Shown one piece after another: positions 9,163 to 18,168 of a stretch of DNA of 64,000 nucleotides. The DNA lies in the NCBI GenBank assembly GCA_963662585.1, contig OY759729.1, forward strand, positions 12,317 to 76,316, read 5' to 3'. Under the pieces are notes generated by a model. The model was not told the DNA's origin and did no database searches. It saw nothing but the letters and a program-made list of their open reading frames with translations. Position 1 is the first letter of the stretch; each line of letters starts with the position of its first letter. Origin of the DNA: Candidatus Cloacimonadales bacterium (GTDB lineage Bacteria > Cloacimonadota > Cloacimonadia > Cloacimonadales > JAFGVF01). A program made the translations under genes and the position numbers.

Positions 9163-9242
9163 CTTCCCACCTTTGGTGTGAAGTAGATCTATGTGGGGTG
9201 GTCTAAATTGCTACAAAGAATTAGCTCCTCTGGAGCAATGAT
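9163..9242 (+). repeat. hairpin module A6 (forward)
   Basis: CTTCCCACC-TTT-GGTGTGAAG (1 mismatch) plus the tail. Confidence 0.9.
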
Positions 9243-9380
9243 AAATATCAGTCTATTTAATTAGGATTTTATTGTAAGAACTAGTAAAGAGTAATCAAGA
9301 TTTTATACAGAAAATAAAAATTATTGCATGATGATTCATCTGTTAAAAGAATCTATAGACCTAAAAATGATATTTCTTCA

Positions 9381-9460
9381 CTTCGCACCCGTGGTGCAAA
9401 GTAGATCTTTGTGGGGTGATCTAAATTGCTACAAAGAATTAGCTCCTCTGGAGCAATGAT
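9381..9460 (+). repeat. hairpin module A7 (forward)
   Basis: CTTCGCACC-CGT-GGTGCAAAG (1 mismatch) plus the tail. Confidence 0.9.
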
Positions 9461-9726
9461 AATTACCCGTTTATTTAATTAGTATTTTATTGTATGTAAA
9501 AAAAAGGATTAAGAAGATTTTAAAAGAGATATTTACCCAAAAATAATCGAAGATATAATTGTGGGATGTTGTTACGATTGGAAAGTAATTGAGATTAATA
9601 AAATCATGAATATCAGTACATATTTAGATGTAAGGTCTTTAATGAATTTAGTTCTTTAATATTTTGTTGATGTTATCCCAAGAATAGAAATAAAAAAAAT
9701 GCTCATAAATTTAAATGGGTCGATTA

Positions 9727-9803
9727 TCATGCTCCATAGGAGCTAACTCTTTGTAGCCAAAAACATCACACCCAAGAGGAGTGTTCGCACCTGCGGTGCG
9801 AAC
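9727..9803 (-). repeat. hairpin module B3 (inverted)
   Basis: GTTCGCACC-TGC-GGTGCGAAC is a perfect stem (9783-9803). Confidence 0.9.
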
Positions 9804-9829
9804 TAACAATTAAGATAAAAGGATATTTT

Positions 9830-9919
9830 ATGGCAAACACATATTCTCAAATTTATATACAATTAATCTTTGCTGTAGAAGCAAGATTAAATATCATAGA
9901 TGATTCATCTGTTAATTGA
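9830..9919 (+). pseudogene. Y1 transposase N-terminal stub
   Basis: MANTYSQIYIQLIFAVEARLNIIDDSSVN followed by a stop. Nearly identical to 8266-8355. Confidence 0.6.
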
Positions 9920-9949
9920 ATCTATAGATCTATAAATGATATTTCTTCA

Positions 9950-10029
9950 CTTCCCACCTTTGGTGCGAAGTAGATCTTTGTGGGGCGGTATAAATTGCTA
10001 CAAAGAATTAGCTCCTCTGGAGCAATGAT
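9950..10029 (+). repeat. hairpin module A8 (forward)
   Basis: CTTCCCACC-TTT-GGTGCGAAG plus the tail. Confidence 0.9.
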
Positions 10030-10295
10030 AAATACCAGTTTATTTAATTAGTATTTTATTGTAAGAACAAGCAAAGGATTAAGAAGATTTTAAAAGAGAT
10101 ATTTATCCAAAAATAATCGAAGATATAATTTTGGGATGTTGTTACGATTGGAAAGTAATAGTGATTAATAAAATCATTAATATTTGTACATATTAAGATA
10201 TAAATTTTTTAATGAATTTAGTTCTTTATATTTCATAAATGTTATTCCAAGAATAGAAATAAAAAAAATGCTCATAAATTTAAATGGGTCGATTA

Positions 10296-10373
10296 TCATG
10301 CTCCATAGGAGCTAACTCTTTGTAGCCAAAAACATCACACCCCAAGAAAAGTGTTCGCACCTGCGGTGCGAAC
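10296..10373 (-). repeat. hairpin module B4 (inverted)
   Basis: Perfect stem at 10353-10373. It is followed by GTG GCT AAC ACA TAA (10400-10414), a 4-codon relic of the stub. Confidence 0.9.
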
Positions 10374-10467
10374 TAGCAATTAAGATAAAAGGATATTTTG
10401 TGGCTAACACATAATCCCCAACATATTTTTAATATTTTAAATAAAATTGATTTTAATAAAAAAAAAC

Positions 10468-10496
10468 TTTACACAAAAATAAAATATACTAATAAT
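10468..10496 (+). promoter_or_regulatory. putative promoter upstream of guaD
   Basis: TTTACA, 17-nt spacer, AATAAT. Motif match only. Confidence 0.25.
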
Positions 10497-10523
10497 GGAC
10501 TACTTGACTAAAGGAAGGAAATT

Positions 10524-11750
10524 ATGATATATATTAAGTGTAACATTCTAAATCCTGTTTCATCAAAAGAAGCAGAAGAACTTAAGAATGTCATATTAAC
10601 AATAGATAATGATGAGATAAAAGCTATAAGCTCTTTTTCTGATTTTGACCCAGCAGATAAAAATATTATAGATAAAAGCAACAAGTTAATAATTCCTGGT
10701 TTAATTGATACTCATGTTCATTTATCCCAATGGGGAATTAGAGGAAAATACAAGAGTGATTTAATGGATTGGTTAAATTGTTATACTTTTCCTGAAGAAG
10801 AGAAATTTTTTAATAGAGAGTATGCAAAATCCATATCAAGAGATTTTTTCCAAAATTTAATAAATGCTGGAACAACAACAGCATCAATTTATGTTACAGT
10901 ATCCCAAGATGCAACAAATATTGCTTTTGAGGAAGCTGCAAGACTTAATTACCGAGCTTTGATTGGTAAGGTATGTATGGACCAGAACACTCCTATAGCA
11001 CTCTTAGAGAATACTGAAAAATCTTTCCAAGAATCAGTTGAATTGTGTCAACAGTGGGATAAATATGAATTATTAGATTATGTCTTTACACCGCGATTTG
11101 CTCCAGTGTGTTCTAGCAATTTAATGAAGAAGATTGGAAAATATGCTCATGAAAATGATAAATATATTCAGACACATCTATCAGAAAATCATAATGAAAT
11201 TGCCTTAGTAAAACAACTTTTCCCTCAAGCTACTTCTTATACTGATGTGTATAAGCAATCACAGCTTTTAGGTCCTAAAACAATAATGGCACATACAATT
11301 CATTTAGATGCTAAAGAATTAGATTTAATGAAAAAAAGTGATACCAAAATAAGCCACTGTCCTGATTCTAATTTCTTTTTAAAATCAGGAAGATTTCCTT
11401 ATAAAAAAATGCTTGAGAATAATCTTACAGTAGGTTTAGGTTCTGATGTAGCTGGTGGAACTTGTTTAGATATGTTTTATCATATGAAAATGGCAAATTA
11501 TATGCAAATTGATCAATCTTTAGAGGTGGAGGAGTTATTTTATCTTGCTACTTTAGGTAATGCCAAAGTCTTGAGTAAAGAGAATTTAATAGGTAGCATT
11601 GAAGTAGGGAAAAAGGCTGATTTTTTAATATTAGATGTAGATCCAAATCAGAATGGTCAAGAGATGCTTTCAGAATTAATTTTTGTTAGAGGCAAGGATG
11701 CAATTGAAGCAGTATATATCAATGGGAAAGAAATGATTATAGAAAGATAA
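10524..11750 (+). CDS. guaD: guanine deaminase
   Basis: PGLIDTHVHLSQ metal motif. Collinear with the E. coli GuaD blocks I recall: TFPEE, AGTTTA, TPRFAP, THLSEN, FCP/HCPDSN, GLGSDVAGG, YLATLGNAK. Confidence 0.85.
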   Translation: MIYIKCNILNPVSSKEAEELKNVILTIDNDEIKAISSFSDFDPADKNIIDKSNKLIIPGLIDTHVHLSQWGIRGKYKSDLMDWLNCYTFPEEEKFFNREYAKSISRDFFQNLINAGTTTASIYVTVSQDATNIAFEEAARLNYRALIGKVCMDQNTPIALLENTEKSFQESVELCQQWDKYELLDYVFTPRFAPVCSSNLMKKIGKYAHENDKYIQTHLSENHNEIALVKQLFPQATSYTDVYKQSQLLGPKTIMAHTIHLDAKELDLMKKSDTKISHCPDSNFFLKSGRFPYKKMLENNLTVGLGSDVAGGTCLDMFYHMKMANYMQIDQSLEVEELFYLATLGNAKVLSKENLIGSIEVGKKADFLILDVDPNQNGQEMLSELIFVRGKDAIEAVYINGKEMIIER

Positions 11751-11938
11751 AAAGAGATAATAATCTTAAGCAGTGCTGTCTTTCTATAGAAAGGAAATAT
11801 TGAAGAATTAAGTAAATTCTTGATGAATGACAATAGCACTTCTTTATGATAATTAATAGAATTTTGTTAATAAAATAATATTAGGTAATTAAACTAGATC
11901 AAACTTTGGTCTGATAAAACACAAAAAGAGAGAATTTA

Positions 11939-13414
11939 ATGCGTACTAGTAAGATTAAATTTATATTAAATGGGGAGTTGAAAAGTTTAGAGGTTACTCC
12001 TGGAACTACTCTTTTAGAAGTAATTAGAGACAAGTATAGATTAAATGGGACTAAAAGTGTATGTAACGAGGGAGATTGTGGGGCATGTACTTTAACTGTC
12101 GCTGATTATGTCGATGGTGAAATTAATTATAAGGCAATAAACTCCTGTTTATATCCTGCCGAGAAGATTATGAATAAGCATATTATAACTATTGAAGGAC
12201 TATCTGAGAATGATTCAGAATTGCATCCTATCCAAGAGATTCTCTATAATAATCATGGTACGCAATGTGGATTTTGTACACCTGGAATTATTATGTCAAT
12301 ATTTTCTTATCTTGCAGAAAATAGAGAATACAGTGAAGAGGAGTTGAGAGAGTCTTTAAATGGTAACCTTTGCAGGTGTACCGGATATATTCATATTATT
12401 CAAGGTGGGAAAGAGATTCTAAAATATTATACAAATCACCAAGTCAATTTACTTACTCAGAAGTTAATAAAGGGGAATGAAAAGCTTAAAGAAATTAATA
12501 ATAGCTTTGATATCACTACTTCTCAACAGAATATCAGTAGTAGGGGTGTAGAGGGTTATTATTTAATCAAAAGTTTAGAAAAATATCAAGAAGTTATCAA
12601 TAAGCTTAAGGGAACAGGAACAATAAAAGTAGTAGCTGGAGCGACTGACTTATTTGTTGTAGGTAATTTAAGAAGAACATATTTCAAAAATTATCTAGAC
12701 ATAACTTATATTCCTGAACTAACAAAAATTACCTTACAAGATAAGCAATTAGTTATTGGGGCTGGAGTTACTTTAGAAAAGCTACGGATTGATAAAATAG
12801 TGCAAGAAAACATACCTGCATTGGCTAAAGTTGTTTCCCAGATGGCAAGTAAACAGATTCGGAATATTGCTTCAATTGGGGGAAATGTTGGAAATGCTTC
12901 TCCAGTTGGGGATTGTGCTACTTCTTTAATAGGCTTGAATGCTAGGTTAATTCTCTTTGGAGAAGATGGTGAGAGGGAAGTTTCTATTGATCAATTCTAT
13001 AAAGGATATAAGGAAACTGTCCTCAAGAATCACGAGTTTATAAAAGAAATTATTATACCTATTAAAAAGCAGGGTTTTTATAGTTTCGAGAAATCTTCAA
13101 AAAGGAAAACTCTAGATATCTCTTCAGTATGCTCTTTTTGTTATATCGAGCATAAATCTGGTTTGATGAATATCTCTAGGTTTGCTTTTGGTGGTGTTGC
13201 TGCTTATCCAAAATTAGCTTTAAGTATTGCTTTAGAATTAAGAGATAAAGATATAAAAGATATTGAAATAGAGAAAATAGCAACTCAGGTAGCAAATGAG
13301 TTTTCGCCCATAAGTGATATTAGAGGAAGCGCTGAATATCGACATATTTTAATAAGGAATCATGTTATAAAACATTTAGAGAAGTTTAAGGAGGAGTTGC
13401 TGAATGGAAATTAA
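11939..13414 (+). CDS. xanthine dehydrogenase family fused [2Fe-2S] / FAD-binding subunit
   Basis: The N-terminus has CNEGDCGAC, CGFCTPG and NLCRCTGY, the two 2Fe-2S sites. The C-terminal half has VVAGATDL and GGNVGNASP, the FAD-binding CO-dehydrogenase flavoprotein type. Confidence 0.8.
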   Translation: MRTSKIKFILNGELKSLEVTPGTTLLEVIRDKYRLNGTKSVCNEGDCGACTLTVADYVDGEINYKAINSCLYPAEKIMNKHIITIEGLSENDSELHPIQEILYNNHGTQCGFCTPGIIMSIFSYLAENREYSEEELRESLNGNLCRCTGYIHIIQGGKEILKYYTNHQVNLLTQKLIKGNEKLKEINNSFDITTSQQNISSRGVEGYYLIKSLEKYQEVINKLKGTGTIKVVAGATDLFVVGNLRRTYFKNYLDITYIPELTKITLQDKQLVIGAGVTLEKLRIDKIVQENIPALAKVVSQMASKQIRNIASIGGNVGNASPVGDCATSLIGLNARLILFGEDGEREVSIDQFYKGYKETVLKNHEFIKEIIIPIKKQGFYSFEKSSKRKTLDISSVCSFCYIEHKSGLMNISRFAFGGVAAYPKLALSIALELRDKDIKDIEIEKIATQVANEFSPISDIRGSAEYRHILIRNHVIKHLEKFKEELLNGN

Positions 13415-15713
13415 TTCAAAACACCTTTCGGGTAAATTGCATGTAAGAGGTAAATCTACTTTCGTTGAAAACATAGCACTTCAAGCTAAAGATTGCCTTT
13501 ATGCATACCCAGTTGTTAGTAGTAAAGCTAAAGCTAAAATATTAAATATAAATTCTGAGATAACTGATAGTAATGATAACTTTCTAGCATTGATCACTTA
13601 TAAAGATATTCCTGGAGAAAACAATATAGCTCACGGAAATGGAGATTATCAACCTGTCTTAGCAGAAGAGCAAGTGAACTATGTAGGTGAACCAATTGCC
13701 ATTGTGGTAGCTAGCACTATGGAAGATGCTGTCTCACTTAGTAGGAAAATTAAAGTTGAGTATGAGGATATTGCACCCATATTAAGTGTTAAGGATGCAG
13801 TAGAAGCAAAAACCGAATTTGGTCCTACTAGATATTTTCAAAGAGTTGATGATTATGATAAAGCTAATCTTAGAGAACTAAAAGGAAACATAACTGTTGG
13901 AGCCCAAGAGCATTTTTATTTTGAAACCCAACGCTCTTTTGTAGCTAATGAAGAGAATGGTTGTTTTACAGTTTATAGTTCGACTCAAGCTGTTTCTGAA
14001 GTACAGGAAGTCTGTGCTCGCATATTAGGAGTATCATCAAATTATATTACTGTAGATGTTAGAAGGTTAGGTGGTGCTTTTGGAGGTAAAGAAGCTCAAG
14101 CGACACTTTGGGCAGGAATTACCACATTAGCAAGTTATGTATGCCGTAAGCCTGTATATCTTGCCTTAGAAAGAAAAGATGATATTAGTTGGACAGGGAA
14201 AAGACATGAGTTTGTTAATTCCTTCTCTATAAAATATAATGATGAAGGTGATTTATTAAGTTATCGGCTTGATTTAAAAGCCAATGGAGGTGCTTATATA
14301 GACCTCTCATTTGCTATTTTAGAAAGATCTTTACTTCATGCTGATAGTGGATATTATATTCCAGAAATGAATATAACTGGAACCGCTTACAGAACAAACT
14401 TACCTCCAAATACTGCTTTCAGGGGTTTTGGTGCTCCTCAAGCAATTATAACTACTGAATTAGCTTTAGAAAAGATTGGATATTCTCTAAATATGGATTT
14501 ACTAGAAATCAGAAAGAGAAATGTCTATAAAGCTGGACAAACAACTCAATACTCTATGGAAGTTAAAGAGGCTCTTGGTCTAGAAATGTTAGAAGATCTA
14601 GAAGAACTTACTAACTATAAAGAGTTGAAAAAAGAGATAACAGAGTTTAATCAAAAGAATAAATATAAAAAGAAGGGCATTGGGATAGTTACTGGTAAAT
14701 TTGGGATCTCATTTACTGCAACTTTCCTTAACCAAGGTTCAGCTCTTATCTGGATTTATTCTGATGGGTCAATATCTTTAAGTCATGGTGGCATTGAAAT
14801 GGGACAACAGCTTTATACTAAAGTTGCTACTGTCGTTTGCCAAGTTCTAGGGATAACTATTGATAATATCAGAGCGGAAAGCACTAACACTAAGAGAGTT
14901 GGAAATTCATCTCCAACAGCAGCTTCTTCTGGTTCAGATTTAAATGGAAATGCAGCTCGCAAAGCAAGTGAGAGTTTAAAGATAAGGCTAACGGAAGCAT
15001 CTCTAAAACTATTCAAAGAGAAATATAATCTTTTAGCAGAAGCTAAGGATATCATTTTCGAAAACAATTTAGTATTCTCTACTAAATATCCTGAGAAAAC
15101 TATCACCTTCGCAGAATTAGCTCATCATGCCTATATGAATAGGGTAGATCTGGGCCAACATAGTTTTTATAAAACTCCTGAAATTGATTTTAATAAAACC
15201 ACTAATAAAGGAATTCCTTTCTATTATTTTGTCTATGGAGCTTCTTTAATTGTTTCTGAAGTTGATATCTTAACTGGTTCTTATAAATTTGAATCTATTT
15301 ATGTTGTGCATGATAATGGAATTCCTTTGAATGCAGAAATTGATAAGGGGCAGATTTACGGAGCAACAATTCAAGGACTAGGTTATTGTACAATGGAAGA
15401 AGTTAAGTATAATGATAAAGGCGAGAGCATGGCAAATACCCCATCTACTTATAAAATTCCAACAATGAGTGATGTATGCTCAAATTTCCAAGTAAAACAG
15501 GTAAATAAAGAGAGATCTCAAGCAAGTGTTTTAGGTTCGAAAGCTGTTGGAGAGCCCCCATTCCTTTATGGTTTAGCTGGTTGGTTCTCAATTATGAATG
15601 CCCTTAGTTTCATAACCAATTCACCAGAAAAGATTGATTTAAAAATGCCAGCTACTCCTGAAGCGGTATTACTGGCAATAGAAGATTTAAAAAAGAGAGG
15701 TTTATATGTATAA
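13404..15713 (+). CDS. xanthine dehydrogenase family molybdopterin-binding large subunit
   Basis: RRLGGAFGGKE, FRGFGAPQ and GEPP motifs. 769 aa. Overlaps the upstream gene by 11 nt. Confidence 0.85.
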   Translation: MEINSKHLSGKLHVRGKSTFVENIALQAKDCLYAYPVVSSKAKAKILNINSEITDSNDNFLALITYKDIPGENNIAHGNGDYQPVLAEEQVNYVGEPIAIVVASTMEDAVSLSRKIKVEYEDIAPILSVKDAVEAKTEFGPTRYFQRVDDYDKANLRELKGNITVGAQEHFYFETQRSFVANEENGCFTVYSSTQAVSEVQEVCARILGVSSNYITVDVRRLGGAFGGKEAQATLWAGITTLASYVCRKPVYLALERKDDISWTGKRHEFVNSFSIKYNDEGDLLSYRLDLKANGGAYIDLSFAILERSLLHADSGYYIPEMNITGTAYRTNLPPNTAFRGFGAPQAIITTELALEKIGYSLNMDLLEIRKRNVYKAGQTTQYSMEVKEALGLEMLEDLEELTNYKELKKEITEFNQKNKYKKKGIGIVTGKFGISFTATFLNQGSALIWIYSDGSISLSHGGIEMGQQLYTKVATVVCQVLGITIDNIRAESTNTKRVGNSSPTAASSGSDLNGNAARKASESLKIRLTEASLKLFKEKYNLLAEAKDIIFENNLVFSTKYPEKTITFAELAHHAYMNRVDLGQHSFYKTPEIDFNKTTNKGIPFYYFVYGASLIVSEVDILTGSYKFESIYVVHDNGIPLNAEIDKGQIYGATIQGLGYCTMEEVKYNDKGESMANTPSTYKIPTMSDVCSNFQVKQVNKERSQASVLGSKAVGEPPFLYGLAGWFSIMNALSFITNSPEKIDLKMPATPEAVLLAIEDLKKRGLYV

Positions 15714-18168
15714 ATTTTTAACTGAAGCTCAGTTTCAAACAGAAATTGATAGATGTTTATTTTGTGAAGAGATGCCATGTATGGATGCATGTCCAGTTAG
15801 TTGCTCACCAGCTGAATTTATTAAAGCGGTAAAGAATGGAGAAGATAGTGATATCAAAAGAGCTACTACAATTATCCTATCTAAGAATATTCTAGGTGGG
15901 ATCTGTGGATCAGTATGTCCTGATTATCATTGTATGGCTGCTTGCTCAAGAGAGACTTTTGATAATCCTATTAAAATTCCTGATGTTCAGGCTAAAATTA
16001 TTCAAAAAGGTAAAGAACTAGATTTTAAACCCCAATTTGAACAAGGGGAAAATGTTAAGAAGAAGGTTGGCCTTATTGGTGGTGGACCAGCAGGAATTGC
16101 TTGTGCGAATATTCTTGCTCAGTATGGAGTTAATGTAGATATTTTTGAAAGAGAAGATAAATTAGGGGGAATGTGTCAGTTTATTCCTGAGAATAGATTA
16201 GCTACAAATGTATTGGAAAGCGACTTAGAAAATGCCCTAAAACATGATAATATAAGAGTTTATAACAAGACAAGTATTGTAGATTTAGATAAGTTTAGTA
16301 AAATGTATGATGCCGTGGTAATTGCAAGTGGCCAAGACCAAGCGATTAAACTTAATATTCATGGTAAAGAATTAGCACATGACTGGAAATCCTTCTTAAG
16401 TTTAGAGAAGTTAGAATCTGAAGGAAGATTTGCAATTATTGGCGGTGGTGCTGTTGCTATGGATTGTGCTATGAAAGCAATTGATAGTAATGCTGAAACT
16501 GTAGATTTCTTCACATTAGAAAATCTTTCAGAAATGAGATTGGATTCTAGAGAACAGAAAGAACTGCTTCATAATAATTTCGGAAACTATTTTAGAACTA
16601 TTGTTAAGGAGATAGAATCTGATGATGATGGTCTAAAACTTCACTGTCAGAGAATTAGGCTAAAAGGTAAAAAGTTTGATTTAACAAAGATAGAAAAGAT
16701 TCCTAATACAGAATTTCATTCAGATTTCTACGACTATGTGATTTTTGCTGTTGGTAGTAGAGTTAGTATAGAAACAAAAATAGCTAATGAAAAGGTCTTT
16801 ACTTGTGGAGATTTAAAAAACTCAGCTACAACAGTTGTAGAAGCTGTTGCAAGTGGAAGAAATTGCGCTGTGGAAGTCTTAACTGAATTTAAAATTAAAA
16901 ATGATGGCAAAATAGGTGAAAAACATACTAAATCCTACATTGGTTTAGAAGATAAATATATTAAACAGGTCTCTATAAAAGCTGATTTCTTCGGAAAAGA
17001 GCTTAGGTCTCCTTTTATCCTATCAGCTGCACCACCTTCAGATGGATATGAACAGGTCAAAAAAGCTTATGAAGCAGGCTGGGCTGGAGCTGTAATGAAG
17101 ACAGCTTTCGATGATTTAGATATTCATATTCCTCATGATTATATGTTTGAATTTAATTCTGAAACTTATGCTAATTGTGATAATGTCTCAGAAGTTCCTC
17201 TTAGAAAAGTTATAGATAATGCGCAAAGAATAATCAAAGAATTCCCAGATAGAGCTACTATAGTTTCAACTGGTGGACCTGTTACAGGTCATGATGAAGA
17301 GGATAAATTAGTATGGCAAGCAAATACAAAGTTAATAGATTCAGCTCATGTTCATGGGGTAGAGTACAGTCTATCTTGTCCTCAAGGTGGAGATGGAACT
17401 GAAGGAGATATAGTTTCCCAAAATGCTGAATTAACAGCTAAAGTGATAGATTGGGTTATGGAAGTATCTGATGCAGAAATTCCTAAATTATTTAAATTAA
17501 CTGGAGCTGTAACTTCTATTGTTCCAATTCTGGAAGCTATCAAAGAGGTATTTAATAAATATTCTAATAAAAAAGCTGGGATTACTTTGGCTAATTCTTT
17601 CCCTTCAGTAGCTTTTAGAAAGGATACTAAAAAAGAGTGGGAAGATGGAATCATGGTAGGAATGTCTGGTGATTCTGTAAAATATATTTCAAATTTAACG
17701 CTTTCGAAAGCAGCTTCGGTAGGTTTAACCATTTCTGGTAATGGTGGAACTATGAATTATAAAGATGCTGCCGACTTCTTAGCTCTAGGTTGTAAAACAG
17801 TGCAATTCTGTACTGCAGTTATGAAAGATGGGGTTAAGGTAATTCAAGATTTAGAACAAGGACTTGCATACTTGATGATAGAAAGGGGAATAAAATCAAT
17901 TTCTGAATTGATAGGTATAGCTTTACCAAATCCAATTTTAGATTTCATGGATATCTCACCTATTAAGAGAATCTCTGATGTTGACCCTGACTTATGTGAA
18001 CATTGCGGAAATTGCACTCGTTGTCCCTACATGGCAATAACTTTAAATGAAGATAAGATTCCTGAAACTGATGCTAGTAAATGTATCGGTTGTTCAATTT
18101 GTGTACAAAAGTGTTTCAGTGGAGCACTGTTTATGAGAGAAAGAACTAAAGAAGAGGTTAGAAACTAA
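15706..18168 (+). CDS. dihydropyrimidine dehydrogenase-like / YgfK-like Fe-S flavoprotein (PreT-PreA type fusion)
   Basis: N-terminal Cys-rich helical Fe-S domain; GLIGGGPAGIACA dinucleotide fold; DHODH-like TIM domain; C-terminal CEHCGNCTRCP and CIGCSICVQKC 4Fe-4S motifs. Confidence 0.7.
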   Translation: MYKFLTEAQFQTEIDRCLFCEEMPCMDACPVSCSPAEFIKAVKNGEDSDIKRATTIILSKNILGGICGSVCPDYHCMAACSRETFDNPIKIPDVQAKIIQKGKELDFKPQFEQGENVKKKVGLIGGGPAGIACANILAQYGVNVDIFEREDKLGGMCQFIPENRLATNVLESDLENALKHDNIRVYNKTSIVDLDKFSKMYDAVVIASGQDQAIKLNIHGKELAHDWKSFLSLEKLESEGRFAIIGGGAVAMDCAMKAIDSNAETVDFFTLENLSEMRLDSREQKELLHNNFGNYFRTIVKEIESDDDGLKLHCQRIRLKGKKFDLTKIEKIPNTEFHSDFYDYVIFAVGSRVSIETKIANEKVFTCGDLKNSATTVVEAVASGRNCAVEVLTEFKIKNDGKIGEKHTKSYIGLEDKYIKQVSIKADFFGKELRSPFILSAAPPSDGYEQVKKAYEAGWAGAVMKTAFDDLDIHIPHDYMFEFNSETYANCDNVSEVPLRKVIDNAQRIIKEFPDRATIVSTGGPVTGHDEEDKLVWQANTKLIDSAHVHGVEYSLSCPQGGDGTEGDIVSQNAELTAKVIDWVMEVSDAEIPKLFKLTGAVTSIVPILEAIKEVFNKYSNKKAGITLANSFPSVAFRKDTKKEWEDGIMVGMSGDSVKYISNLTLSKAASVGLTISGNGGTMNYKDAADFLALGCKTVQFCTAVMKDGVKVIQDLEQGLAYLMIERGIKSISELIGIALPNPILDFMDISPIKRISDVDPDLCEHCGNCTRCPYMAITLNEDKIPETDASKCIGCSICVQKCFSGALFMRERTKEEVRN

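Larger units (their letters stand above)
8952..9242 (+). mobile_element. miniature Y1-transposase element remnant, copy 2
   Basis: B2, stub (start codon lost), A6. Same architecture as copy 1. Confidence 0.5.
9727..10029 (+). mobile_element. miniature Y1-transposase element remnant, copy 3
   Basis: B3, 29-codon stub, A8. Confidence 0.5.
7376..10414. repeat. ORF-free higher-order repeat block (hairpin modules, AT-rich linkers and Y1-transposase stubs)
   Basis: Order is A1 A2 A3 X B1 s A4 A5 X B2 s A6 A7 X B3 s A8 X B4 s'. B-to-B periods are 788, 775 and 569 bp. There is no ORF of 60 aa or more on either strand. Confidence 0.9.

Noticed and set aside
7376-10414. A second, long-repeat CRISPR-like array.
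   Set aside because: The sequences between the ~80-nt modules are themselves repeated (two interval classes, about 140 nt and about 270 nt plus stub), and modules occur in both orientations. There are no unique spacers.
10415-11938. I looked for a purine/xanthine riboswitch upstream of guaD (10415-10523) and upstream of the xdh genes (11751-11938).
   Set aside because: No P1/L2/L3 signature elements (for example UAUNNGG...CCGUAAAU...GACUA) or any convincing three-way junction could be found by eye. An Infernal scan would be needed to exclude divergent motifs.
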